Part shown: piece after piece, positions 1 to 9,065 of the stretch | Numbering within the stretch: position 1 is the first letter of the stretch | How the letters are laid out: each line of letters starts with the position of its first letter | Source of the DNA: Bacteroidales bacterium | GTDB lineage: Bacteria; Bacteroidota; Bacteroidia; Bacteroidales; UBA12077 | NCBI GenBank assembly: GCA_030668615.1 | Contig: DAOUTQ010000001.1 | Coordinates: 1-49,173 of the forward strand | DNA length: 49,173 nt | Direction of reading: 5' to 3' | Made by a program: the position numbers and the translations under genes | Notes under the pieces: model-generated | The model's database searches: none | What the model saw: the letters and a program-made list of their open reading frames with translations, nothing else | What the model was told of the DNA's origin: nothing

Positions 1-1
1 G

Positions 2-1006
2 CAATATGGAGCAACAGAAGGTGTTACGGAACTACGTCAGATTTTAGTCGACAGATATAATGTTGAAGGATTAAATATTGAATTAAAAAATCTTGTAATT
101 ACAACTTCATCTCAACAGGGTTTAGATTTATTAGCTAAAATATTTATTAATCGTGGAGATAAGGTAATTGTTGGTTTACCATCATATCTTGGCGGTTTGG
201 GTGCGTTTAATTCTTATGGTGCCGAAATGATCGGTGTAAAATTCGATGATAAAGGAATGCGTTCTGATATTTTGGGAGAAAAACTTGAAGAATTAAAATC
301 ACAAGGGATTAAACCAAAATTCATTTATATCATTCCTGATTTTCAGAATCCTGCTGGTATAACTATGCCGGAATCAAGACGATTAGAGATTATTGCAATT
401 GCAAAAAAATATGATATACTAATTGTTGAAGATAGTCCTTATCGTGAAATTCGTTTTGAAGGAAAAGCACAAAAAACAATTTTCGAGTTAGATAATTCTG
501 GTCAGGTTATATTGCTGGGAACTTTCTCAAAAATATTTGTTCCGGGATTTAGAATTGGTTGGGTTGTTGCCAATGAAAAAATCGTTGACAAATTTGTAAC
601 TGCAAAACAATCAACAGATTTATGTACACCAACATTAAATCAAAAAATTGCTCATAAGTATATTGAAAAAGGATATTTTGATAAAAATCTGAAAGCAATC
701 ATAAATCAATATCACGAAAAACGTGATAACATGCTTAAAGGTTTTAGAGAATTTATGCCAGAGGGTGTTACTTGGACCGAACCTGAAGGTGGCTTGTTTC
801 TTTTCATGACATTGCCTGAAAATATGGATGCTGAAGTGTTATTTAAGAAAGCAATTGATAAAAATGTTGCATTTGTTTTAGGAAGTGTATTTCATTGCGA
901 TGGTAGTGGCAAAAACACAATGCGAATAAACTTCTCATTTATGCCAAAAGATAAAACCACGGAAGGAGTTAAACGACTGGCAAAAGCAATTAAAGAACTG
1001 ATGTAA
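2..1006 (+). CDS. PLP-dependent aminotransferase, class I/II (5' end cut by window edge)
   Basis: Frame is open from base 2 (QYGATEGVTELRQILVDRY...), so the TTG at 197 in the ORF track is internal. PLP-lysine region GTFSKIFVPGFRIGW. Fold-type I aminotransferase-like throughout. Confidence 0.8.
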   Translation, partial: QYGATEGVTELRQILVDRYNVEGLNIELKNLVITTSSQQGLDLLAKIFINRGDKVIVGLPSYLGGLGAFNSYGAEMIGVKFDDKGMRSDILGEKLEELKSQGIKPKFIYIIPDFQNPAGITMPESRRLEIIAIAKKYDILIVEDSPYREIRFEGKAQKTIFELDNSGQVILLGTFSKIFVPGFRIGWVVANEKIVDKFVTAKQSTDLCTPTLNQKIAHKYIEKGYFDKNLKAIINQYHEKRDNMLKGFREFMPEGVTWTEPEGGLFLFMTLPENMDAEVLFKKAIDKNVAFVLGSVFHCDGSGKNTMRINFSFMPKDKTTEGVKRLAKAIKELM

Positions 1007-1020
1007 AATCACAAAACTTC

Positions 1021-1047
1021 AAAAGGGCTGTTATTCAGCCCTTTTTT
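1021..1047 (+). terminator. Rho-independent terminator after the aminotransferase gene
   Basis: Stem GGGCTG (1025-1030) pairs with CAGCCC (1036-1041), 5-nt loop, followed by TTTTTT (1042-1047). Confidence 0.7.
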
Positions 1048-1083
1048 ATTTCCATAAACAAACTACACTTATGTACATTTCAT

Positions 1084-1091
1084 TATATTTG
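1084..1091 (+). promoter_or_regulatory. Bacteroidota-type -7 promoter box (TAnnTTTG)
   Basis: TATATTTG lies 20 nt upstream of the GTG start at 1111. Confidence 0.4.
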
Positions 1092-1110
1092 TAATTCAAT
1101 TCCTGATATA

Positions 1111-3069
1111 GTGAAACTTTCAATTATAATAGTAAACTATAATGTTAAACATTTCCTTGAGCAATGTTTAATTTCTGTTTTTAAGGCTGTTACTAACATT
1201 AATGCTGAGGTTTTTGTTGTTGATAACAACTCTGTTGATGGTTCGTGCACAATGGTTAAAGAGAGATTTTCTAATGTAAAACTTATCGAAAATTCAGAAA
1301 ATCACGGATTTTCGTATGCAAATAATCAGGCACTCAAACAAGCAACAGGCCAATACATATTGTTGCTGAATCCAGATACGGTTGTAGAAGAAGACAGCTT
1401 TGAAAAATGTATTCAATTTATGGATAAGAATCCCGATACCGGAGGATTAACTGTAAAAATGATTGATGGTAAAGGGAATTTTTTACCTGAATCAAAGCGA
1501 GCATTACCTACTCCTATTGTTTCTTTTTATAAAATATTCGGATTAGCCGGATTATTTCCCAAATCCAAAAAATTCGCAAGATACTATTTAGGCCATTTAA
1601 ATAATGATGAAATAAATGAAATTGAAATACTTCCCGGCTCATACATGTTTCTTCGAAAAGAAACATTAGAAAAAACTGGATATCTCGATGAAGATTATTT
1701 TATGTATGGCGAAGATATTGATTTGTCGTACAAAATAACTAAAGCTGGTTATAAAAACTATTATTATCCGGAAACAACAATAATTCATTATAAGGGAGAA
1801 AGTACAAAGAAAGGAAGCCTAAACTACGTTTTCATATTTTATAATGCAATGATCATTTTTGCACGAAAACATTTCTCTGATAAAAATGCAAGAGCATTCT
1901 CTATACTCATAAACATTGCTATTTATTTTAGAGCTCTTATAGCTATTTTATCAAGATTTATTAAAAAGGCATTTATTCCTGTTATTGATATTGCGGCTAT
2001 ATTTTTTAGTTATTATATTGTAAAACCCATTTGGGAAAATTATAAATTCCAGGGAGATGGCCATTATCCTAGCGAATTTCTTCATATTGCAGTTCCTTCT
2101 TATATTTTAATATGGGTCTTAAGCATATGGTTTAACGGAGGATATTCTAAACAAATCAAAATAATACAGCTGATAAAAGCCAATGTAATAGGAACACTTA
2201 TTATTCTTATACTATATGCTTTGCTACCCGAAAGTCTTCGTTTTTCAAGAGCTCTTATAATTATTGGAGCAGTTATTACTTTATTTGTAACAAGTTTAAA
2301 CAGAGTATTAGCTCATTTTATAAATTTTCTACCACAAAAATTTAAGCGAAACAAGAAGCTTCGAATTGTAATTGTAGGTTTAATTAACGAAATAAGCAGA
2401 GTTGAAAATATTATTACCGAAGCAGAAATAAAGCCTCACATTATTGGTAAAGTAGCTCCTTCGGCTCAACTTCAAAGCGATTATCATTTTGGATCTGTGA
2501 ATCAACTCGAAGAAATAATTCAAATCCATAAAATCGATGAAATAGTTTTTTGTGCAAAAGATATACCCTCAAACCAGATAATTTCAACAATGCTTAAATT
2601 ATCTATTTTCAATATTGATTATAAGATTGCACAACCTGATACTTTATATATTATTGGCAGTAACTCAATAGAAACTGCAGGCGAATTATATACAATAGAA
2701 TTAAATTCTATTTCAAAAATATCCAATATAAGAAACAAACGATTTTTCGACATTATCACTTCATTATTTATATTGATATTCAGCCCATTAATATTGCTTT
2801 TCTTAAAAACATCCTTTAAACCAATAAACAATTCTGTTAATGTTTTGTTAGGTTGTAAAACCTGGGTAGGATACTATAAAAAAAGTGATGTTAATACAAC
2901 TAATCTGCCTAAAATTAAAGAGGGAATATTAACACCACTCGATTTAGGATCAAAGAAAGAACTAACAGAGTCTTTCATATATAATTCCAACTTAGTATAT
3001 GCTAAAAATTATACTTTTTGGAACGATCTAAACATCCTTCTCAAAGGTTTTAAACAAATTGGCCGATAA
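1111..3069 (+). CDS. Family 2 glycosyltransferase fused to a multi-TM region and a WbaP-like but catalytically truncated phosphoglycosyl-transferase scaffold
   Basis: N-terminus SIIIVNYN...VVDNNSVDGS...LLNPD...YGEDIDLSY is a classic GT2 pattern. Several hydrophobic helices span about residues 250-400. A Rossmann-like stretch (KLRIVIVGL...IDEIVFC) follows. Then RFFDIITSLFILIFSPLILLFL and VLLGCKTWVGY resemble the first helix and the C-terminal VGPRP region of bacterial sugar transferases, with the core missing. Confidence 0.65.
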   Translation: MKLSIIIVNYNVKHFLEQCLISVFKAVTNINAEVFVVDNNSVDGSCTMVKERFSNVKLIENSENHGFSYANNQALKQATGQYILLLNPDTVVEEDSFEKCIQFMDKNPDTGGLTVKMIDGKGNFLPESKRALPTPIVSFYKIFGLAGLFPKSKKFARYYLGHLNNDEINEIEILPGSYMFLRKETLEKTGYLDEDYFMYGEDIDLSYKITKAGYKNYYYPETTIIHYKGESTKKGSLNYVFIFYNAMIIFARKHFSDKNARAFSILINIAIYFRALIAILSRFIKKAFIPVIDIAAIFFSYYIVKPIWENYKFQGDGHYPSEFLHIAVPSYILIWVLSIWFNGGYSKQIKIIQLIKANVIGTLIILILYALLPESLRFSRALIIIGAVITLFVTSLNRVLAHFINFLPQKFKRNKKLRIVIVGLINEISRVENIITEAEIKPHIIGKVAPSAQLQSDYHFGSVNQLEEIIQIHKIDEIVFCAKDIPSNQIISTMLKLSIFNIDYKIAQPDTLYIIGSNSIETAGELYTIELNSISKISNIRNKRFFDIITSLFILIFSPLILLFLKTSFKPINNSVNVLLGCKTWVGYYKKSDVNTTNLPKIKEGILTPLDLGSKKELTESFIYNSNLVYAKNYTFWNDLNILLKGFKQIGR

Positions 3070-3119
3070 ATTACAGCCAATTATTTTACATAGTTTAAAA
3101 CAAGTTTAAATAAATTACA

Positions 3120-4469
3120 ATGGCAAAAACTGAAATTTTACTGCCTGCAATGGGAGAAGGAATTATTGAAGCAACAATTACAAAATGGTTAGTAAATATA
3201 GGAGATAAAGTTGAAGAAGATCAATCAATAGTTGAGGTTGCAACCGATAAAGTTGATTCTGAAATTCCATCTCCACAGGATGGTATTATTGAAAAAATAT
3301 TATTTAATGAAGATGATATTCCCAAAATTGGTGATACAATTGCAATTATAAGCACGAATGGATCTGAAACAATATCGATTGAAATTCCAAAAGATAAACC
3401 TCAATCTGATATAACTGATAAAAAAATAGATCACAGTAATTCGAATAAAGATTTCGATACAGAGAGTAAAGCCGATGAAACTCAAAATACTCAAATCTTA
3501 TCTAAAACTCCGGGAGGCAGGTTTCTTTCTCCATTAGTTAGAAGCATTGCTGATAAAGAACAAATATCTCCTGATGAGTTGGATAAAATAAATGGAAGTG
3601 GAAATACCGGAAGAATTACGAAGAAAGATGTCGTAAACTATTTAAGCACAAGAACAAATACCGGGATTAATGTAGTTTCAAATCCTATAAAAGATAAGAA
3701 GACCCCTGTTCAGCAAGTTGCAAAACCACAATTAAGTAAAGACCAGATTTATTCAGGTGGAGAGTATGAAATAATTGAAATGGACCGAATGCGAAAATTG
3801 ATTGCAGAACACATGGTTATGTCTAAACAAATTTCGCCACACGTAACTTCTTTTATTGAAACCGACGTTACAAATATGGTTTCGTGGAGAAATAAAAACA
3901 AGGATAGAATTCTTGAAAAAGAAAATGTTAAACTAACATTCACACACATATTTGTTGAAGCTGTTGTTAAAGCATTAAAAGATTTCCCAATGATTAATGT
4001 TTCAGTTGATGGTGATAATATTATAAAAAAGAAAAACATAAATATTGGTGTAGCAGCTGCTTTGCCGTCAGGCAATTTAATTGTTCCGGTAATTAAAAAT
4101 GCTGACAGACTTAATCTAATTGGATTAGCAGCAAATGTAAACGATCTTGCATCAAGAGCTCGAGAAAACAAATTAAAACCTGATGAAATTCAGGGAGGAA
4201 CATTCACTATTACAAATTTCGGAACTTTTGGAAATACAACAGGAACACCAATAATCAACCAACCACAAGTAGCCATATTAGGTGTTGGTGTAATTGTAAA
4301 AAAACCAGCAGTTATTGAAACTCCAACAGGTGATGCAATTGCCATTCGTCATAAAATGACATTATCTCTTGCATACGATCACAGAGTTGTTGATGGTGCT
4401 TTAGGAGGAATGTTTTTAAAGAAAATTTCTGACTATTTGGAAGATTTTGATATCAAAAGAAATGCTTAG
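3120..4469 (+). CDS. Dihydrolipoamide acyltransferase (E2 component of a 2-oxoacid dehydrogenase complex)
   Basis: Lipoyl-lysine motif VEVATDKVDSEIPSP. E3-binding-like segment SPLVRSIADKEQISPDEL. Catalytic motif DHRVVDG near the C-terminus. Confidence 0.9.
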   Translation: MAKTEILLPAMGEGIIEATITKWLVNIGDKVEEDQSIVEVATDKVDSEIPSPQDGIIEKILFNEDDIPKIGDTIAIISTNGSETISIEIPKDKPQSDITDKKIDHSNSNKDFDTESKADETQNTQILSKTPGGRFLSPLVRSIADKEQISPDELDKINGSGNTGRITKKDVVNYLSTRTNTGINVVSNPIKDKKTPVQQVAKPQLSKDQIYSGGEYEIIEMDRMRKLIAEHMVMSKQISPHVTSFIETDVTNMVSWRNKNKDRILEKENVKLTFTHIFVEAVVKALKDFPMINVSVDGDNIIKKKNINIGVAAALPSGNLIVPVIKNADRLNLIGLAANVNDLASRARENKLKPDEIQGGTFTITNFGTFGNTTGTPIINQPQVAILGVGVIVKKPAVIETPTGDAIAIRHKMTLSLAYDHRVVDGALGGMFLKKISDYLEDFDIKRNA

Positions 4470-4478
4470 AAATGAGTC

Positions 4479-4512
4479 AAAACACCAGTAACAAACTGGT
4501 GTTTTGTTTTTT
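4479..4512 (+). terminator. Rho-independent terminator after the E2 gene
   Basis: Stem ACACCAGT (4482-4489) pairs with ACTGGTGT (4495-4502), followed by TTTGTTTTTT. Confidence 0.75.
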
Positions 4513-4552
4513 AAATAATTCCAGTTTTATTAGAAAAATTAACATAAATTAT

Positions 4553-4560
4553 TACATTTG
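4553..4560 (+). promoter_or_regulatory. Bacteroidota-type -7 promoter box (TAnnTTTG)
   Basis: TACATTTG lies 28 nt upstream of ATG 4588. It overlaps the TTG at 4558 used by the ORF track, which argues for the 4588 start. Confidence 0.45.
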
Positions 4561-4587
4561 TTTTCACGTGTAATAATCAAAAACGCT

Positions 4588-5925
4588 ATGAAACATCTTT
4601 TAATAGCACTATTTTTTATTTTTTCATTCACCTCTCCTCTGCAATCTCAGACAAAAAAAGAATTGAAGCGATTGTATATAAATGGGGAGTTTTCATTGAT
4701 TTATAAAGAATATCGGGAAGCCTTACCTTCCGTTACTGCACTACATGATGCAGGAAGAAGAGATGCAAATATTAAGCACAGAATAGGATTATGTTATCTG
4801 AACATTCCAAATCAAAAAGGAAAATCAATAATTTATCTTGAAGATGCAACCGAAAATATATCATTAGATTATAATGTTGGACTTTATACCGAAAGAAATG
4901 CTCCTATTGAAACGTATTTATACCTTGGAATAGCTTACAGAGTTACAAGACGATTAGAAGAAGCAATTGCTGCCTTTAATAAATACAAAGAATTTCTAAG
5001 TTCTGGAGATGAAGAAAAAATAAAAATTGTTGAAGCAGAAATTACTGCATGTAAAAATGCTCTTGAATTAAATAAAATTCCAACCAGTATTATTGAATCT
5101 AATTTGGGTAGAAATATAAACAGTAAGTTCAATAATATAAACGCCTTGGTTTCTGAGGATGAAGAAACAATTGTTTTTGTTAGTGAATTAAGATTTTACA
5201 ACGGGATTTTTTCATCAAAAAAACGTGATGGGCGTTGGTTACCTGCTAGAAACATTTCTCTTGACTTTAACTCAGAAAATCCTTTAATGCCAGTATATCT
5301 TACTAAAGATGGGAATACACTTTACTTATCAAGTAACGATAATGATGATTTTAATATATATGCCAGCAGGTTTGTTGATGGTTTATGGCAGGAACCAGAA
5401 AAACTTAACAGCAATATAAATTCTCCGGCAGACGAAACACACGCTTGTGTTAGCGATGATGGAAAAACATTATACTTTACAAGCAATCGTAGGGGTGGTT
5501 TTGGAGGTTTTGATATTTACAAATCGGAAATTGATGTAAATGGAAATTGGCAGGAAGCAGTCAGTATGGGAGGAACCATTAATTCAAGTTTTGATGAAGC
5601 TTCTCCTTTCATAACTGAAGATAATAAGTCATTTTACTTTTCGTCACAAGGACATTTTAATATTGGAGGATTTGATATTTTCAAATCTGAAAAACCAGGA
5701 AACGGATGGACGAAACCTGAGAACCTCGGATTTCCTTTTAATACTACGGATGATGACATATTCTTTTTCCCATTAAAAAATGGAGAAATTGCCTATTATT
5801 CTAAATTCAAAGAAAGTGGGTATGGAGAAAATGATATTTACCGTATTCAGATTTTTGAAAGAGAGAATATTCCTGAAAAAGAAAAAGAACTTAATATTCA
5901 AAATGAAAATACCTCAAATAATTAG
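4588..5925 (+). CDS. Secreted TPR + PD40/TolB-like beta-propeller protein (PorE-like N-terminal architecture, no OmpA domain), paralog 1
   Basis: Signal peptide MKHLLIALFFIFSFTSPLQSQ. TPR-like helices (YLYLGIAYRVTRRLEEAIAAFNKY). Repeated PD40-like blades (DGKTLYFTSNRRGGFGGFDIYKSE; FYFSSQGHFNIGGFDIFKSE). Start moved to ATG 4588. Confidence 0.7.
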   Translation: MKHLLIALFFIFSFTSPLQSQTKKELKRLYINGEFSLIYKEYREALPSVTALHDAGRRDANIKHRIGLCYLNIPNQKGKSIIYLEDATENISLDYNVGLYTERNAPIETYLYLGIAYRVTRRLEEAIAAFNKYKEFLSSGDEEKIKIVEAEITACKNALELNKIPTSIIESNLGRNINSKFNNINALVSEDEETIVFVSELRFYNGIFSSKKRDGRWLPARNISLDFNSENPLMPVYLTKDGNTLYLSSNDNDDFNIYASRFVDGLWQEPEKLNSNINSPADETHACVSDDGKTLYFTSNRRGGFGGFDIYKSEIDVNGNWQEAVSMGGTINSSFDEASPFITEDNKSFYFSSQGHFNIGGFDIFKSEKPGNGWTKPENLGFPFNTTDDDIFFFPLKNGEIAYYSKFKESGYGENDIYRIQIFERENIPEKEKELNIQNENTSNN

Positions 5926-6038
5926 TTAAAGAGTTGTCTTTTCTACATTAAAAATATTTTATTGATTGCTATTTTTTCTTAAGATTATCAGCTTCTGCAT
6001 AATATTTTCATTATTTTTATATAATTTCGCTTAAGATT

Positions 6039-8990
6039 ATGAAAATTAATATGAAAAAGGTTTTTATACTTTTAGTTACAAGTCTATTTTTAATTTCAAA
6101 TGTACCTGCTCAGGAATATTATGAATTAGAAGAATTATTTTTGGATGCAGACTCTTGGTTTTCGTACGAAGACTACGAAGAAGCCGTTCCTTTATTTCTT
6201 AGGGTTCTTGAATCTGATTCATTGAATTACAATGTAATGTACAAAATTGGCTTTTCATACTTACATATTCCAGGTCAAAAAGCAAAATCAATTTCATATC
6301 TTGAAAATGCTATACAAAAAACAACCGATACATACCGTAATAATACCTATTTAGAAAAACTGGCTCCGGTTGATGCTTTATTTTACCTCGGGAATGCATA
6401 TCTAGTAAATAATAGAATTGATGAAGCTATTGACGTATATTCCGGTTTCCAGAATGCAATTACCAGAACTAAAAAACTGGCAAATAAAGACATATATGAC
6501 ACCGATTACCTTAACAAACAATTTGATGCTTGTCGTAACGCTTTACAATTTCAATATAAGCCGGTTAGTTTTATAGCAAGTAATTTAGGAAATCAAATAA
6601 ATACAAGATTTAATGAATTTAATGCTGTAGTATCTGGAGATGGAACATCACTTGTTTTTACTGCTTCGCTTCAATTTTACGATGCAATTTTTTATTCTAA
6701 AAAAGACAGTAACGGACAATGGGGATATCCAATGAATATTATGGGACAACTGGGCATAGATGATAATAGCGCTACTACAGGATTGTCGTTTAACGGAACA
6801 GAGTTATATATATACCGTGATGATAATTTTGATGGTAATATCTATGTTAGTTACTTTAAAAATGGGATGTGGACAAGAGTGAAAAAGTTAGGCGAAAATA
6901 TAAATACTAAATATTGGGAATCTCATGCTTCTTTATCACCAGACAATCAAAAACTATACTTTGTAAGTAACCGTGCTGGTGGTTTTGGAGATCTTGACAT
7001 TTATGTTGCTCAAAGATTACCTGATTCAACATGGAGTGTTCCTGAGAATTTAGGAGGAAATATTAATACACGCTGGAATGAAAACACACCATTTTTAACT
7101 CCTAATGGTAAACGATTGTTTTTTAGCTCAGAAGGACATCAGGGAATGGGTGGTTACGATATTTTTTATTCCGAGAATAATGGAAGCGACTGGAATACAC
7201 CAGTAAATATTGGTTATCCTATTAATTCTACCGATAACGATATTTTCTTTGCACCAAACAAGAATGGCAGTTTCGCATATTGCTCACAATTTTCAAAAAA
7301 AGGTTTTGGAGGTCAAGATATATATCAGTTTCAATTATTAGACCTGCCTGGTTATAACAACCTTATTGTTGAAGGAGTTGAAACATTTGACAATAAAGAA
7401 GACAGAAATAAAAAAGATTTTAGCATAAATATCATTAATAAAGCGAATCAGGATACTATTGCTGTATTGAAACCTGATAATGATGTAACAGAGTATCAAT
7501 ATCAAACTCCACTAGGATTAAATCATTTAATATATGAGAGTTTGCAAAACGATGAAACAGGTAATCAGTTTTATATATCAAAATCATATGATATAAAAGA
7601 AGTTTTTCTTTCTTCTTTAATTCCTGATGAAGAAATTGAGAAAGATACATTACCTGAAATTAGTGCAGAAAAATCATTCTATGCAATAGACGGCGACGAT
7701 CGTAATATAAAAATCAAATTATCTGTTCAGAAAGGAAATAAGCTATTTGTAAATACTTTTTATAAAGATGAATTAATTAATTCTGAAGAATTCAATATTG
7801 ATAAAGAAGATTTTATATATGAGTATAAGCCTCTTGAAGGTGAAAGTATTATAAAATTTAAGCTGGTTGATAAAAACAATAATGTTAAAACAGAACAAGT
7901 AACTGTATCATATATACCTAAAGATTTTATAGCTGAATTGAACATTGATGAGAAAATTGTAATACTTTCCGAAAATGGCAAAAAAAGTGTAAAAATTAAA
8001 CTTTCTGTTGAAAAAGGTTCTAAATTATTTGTAGAAACTTATGTTGACGATAAGTTAATCAATAAGGAAAGTTTTAATATTAATAAAGAAAGTTTTGTTT
8101 ACGAGCTGGAACCTAAAGGTGAAAAAAGCAAGCTAAACTTTAGACTCGTTGACAAGCATAACAATGTTAAAAACGAAGAAATTATTATATCACATACTCC
8201 TGTAAATGAAGACTTAGCAAATATTCTCTCTGATGTTAGCTCATTTGACAGTCATGATTTCAGGACTATTATAGGAATGAACGAAATCAAATCAGCTACT
8301 TCAGTTGAAAATCTTATTTCTCAGATTTATGCTAAAGCTGCATCTATGGGATTATCAAAAGAACAAACACAGGCATTAATTATTGCATTAGCAATTAGCT
8401 CTACAGATAATACCGAAGAGTTTTTAAATAAATTATATCAAATTTCGGATGGTGATTTAAATACTGTATTAAAAGAAATGAGCTTAAATAAAGCTGATTA
8501 TAAGAATAATTTATCCGTTGTTCAAAATCTGGAACGTGAATCAGAAACACATAATTACAATAATAACCATATCATAAGTTTACTTGAAAAGTATTTATAC
8601 ACTTCTGGTATATCTACAGATGTTTTACTAGCGAAACTGGAAGAGATCCTTAAATCAGATATCTCAGGATTATTAGAAAATATGGGTGCTTCTGCAATCG
8701 ATATTGTTAGTATCGAAGATTTTAAAACGTATTTACGAAATAAAAATACTTACACTGAAACCGAGCTCAACTATATTTTTGCTTTACTTGAAGGAATGAA
8801 AATAACTTCAAAGGCTGCTAAAGATGCTGGATTAGATGTGAAAGAAGATAAAACACTTACTAAAGATACAGATAAGGCCACAAGTAAATGGATGATCCTA
8901 TATATTAGTATTGCCGGAATTCTTCTTGGAATAATTATTATATACTTCAATCGCAGAAAGGATAAAGCAAACAAAAAAAGAAGAAGATAA
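6039..8990 (+). CDS. Large TPR + PD40 beta-propeller protein with internal tandem domains and a C-terminal transmembrane tail anchor, paralog 2
   Basis: Signal peptide. N-terminal 430 aa co-linear with the 4588 and 9066 proteins (QKLYFVSNRAGGFGDLDIYVAQ; LFFSSEGHQGMGGYDIFYSE). Two ~94-aa repeats follow, then a helical region, then WMILYISIAGILLGIIIIYF followed by NRRKDKANKKRRR. Confidence 0.7.
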   Translation: MKINMKKVFILLVTSLFLISNVPAQEYYELEELFLDADSWFSYEDYEEAVPLFLRVLESDSLNYNVMYKIGFSYLHIPGQKAKSISYLENAIQKTTDTYRNNTYLEKLAPVDALFYLGNAYLVNNRIDEAIDVYSGFQNAITRTKKLANKDIYDTDYLNKQFDACRNALQFQYKPVSFIASNLGNQINTRFNEFNAVVSGDGTSLVFTASLQFYDAIFYSKKDSNGQWGYPMNIMGQLGIDDNSATTGLSFNGTELYIYRDDNFDGNIYVSYFKNGMWTRVKKLGENINTKYWESHASLSPDNQKLYFVSNRAGGFGDLDIYVAQRLPDSTWSVPENLGGNINTRWNENTPFLTPNGKRLFFSSEGHQGMGGYDIFYSENNGSDWNTPVNIGYPINSTDNDIFFAPNKNGSFAYCSQFSKKGFGGQDIYQFQLLDLPGYNNLIVEGVETFDNKEDRNKKDFSINIINKANQDTIAVLKPDNDVTEYQYQTPLGLNHLIYESLQNDETGNQFYISKSYDIKEVFLSSLIPDEEIEKDTLPEISAEKSFYAIDGDDRNIKIKLSVQKGNKLFVNTFYKDELINSEEFNIDKEDFIYEYKPLEGESIIKFKLVDKNNNVKTEQVTVSYIPKDFIAELNIDEKIVILSENGKKSVKIKLSVEKGSKLFVETYVDDKLINKESFNINKESFVYELEPKGEKSKLNFRLVDKHNNVKNEEIIISHTPVNEDLANILSDVSSFDSHDFRTIIGMNEIKSATSVENLISQIYAKAASMGLSKEQTQALIIALAISSTDNTEEFLNKLYQISDGDLNTVLKEMSLNKADYKNNLSVVQNLERESETHNYNNNHIISLLEKYLYTSGISTDVLLAKLEEILKSDISGLLENMGASAIDIVSIEDFKTYLRNKNTYTETELNYIFALLEGMKITSKAAKDAGLDVKEDKTLTKDTDKATSKWMILYISIAGILLGIIIIYFNRRKDKANKKRRR
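7650..8213 (+). repeat. Intragenic tandem duplication (2 x 282 bp, ~94 aa each) in the 983-aa protein
   Basis: Unit 1 reads ...NIKIKLSVQKGNKLFVNTFYKDELINSEEFNIDKEDFIYEYKP...KFKLVDKNNNVKTEQ. Unit 2 reads ...SVKIKLSVEKGSKLFVETYVDDKLINKESFNINKESFVYELEP...NFRLVDKHNNVKNEE. Roughly 45% identity by eye. Confidence 0.8.
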
Positions 8991-9065
8991 TAAGTTGTTT
9001 TTATTGGTATTTTTTATTTAAACTAAGTAACTTGCTTTGCTAAATTAACTTATTTTGATCGAGTT

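Noticed and set aside
3749-4171. 140-aa antisense ORF inside the E2 gene. Similar antisense ORFs in the track are 2619-2831, 3300-3494, 4935-5132, 7456-7650, 7760-7981, 8771-8974, 9315-9518, 15581-15772, 16937-17167, 19088-19306, 20755-20937, 22216-22410, 24036-24230, 26316-26519, 27121-27354, 29648-29926, 30712-30906, 31372-31575, 32877-33080, 33157-33357, 33300-33515, 35289-35516, 36368-36613, 39188-39436, 40030-40230, 41077-41324, 46662-46847, 47165-47404, 47887-48144 and 48465-48794
   Set aside because: All lie wholly within, or largely overlap, longer ORFs that have clear family motifs. Their translations are low-complexity, Ile/Phe/Leu/Ser-rich sequences, as expected from out-of-frame or antisense reading of AT-rich DNA.
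3120-4469. Treating the E2 gene as part of a complete 2-oxoacid dehydrogenase operon
   Set aside because: No E1 alpha/beta or E3 genes flank it in this window, and it has its own terminator. Substrate specificity (pyruvate, 2-oxoglutarate or branched-chain) cannot be assigned from the sequence alone.
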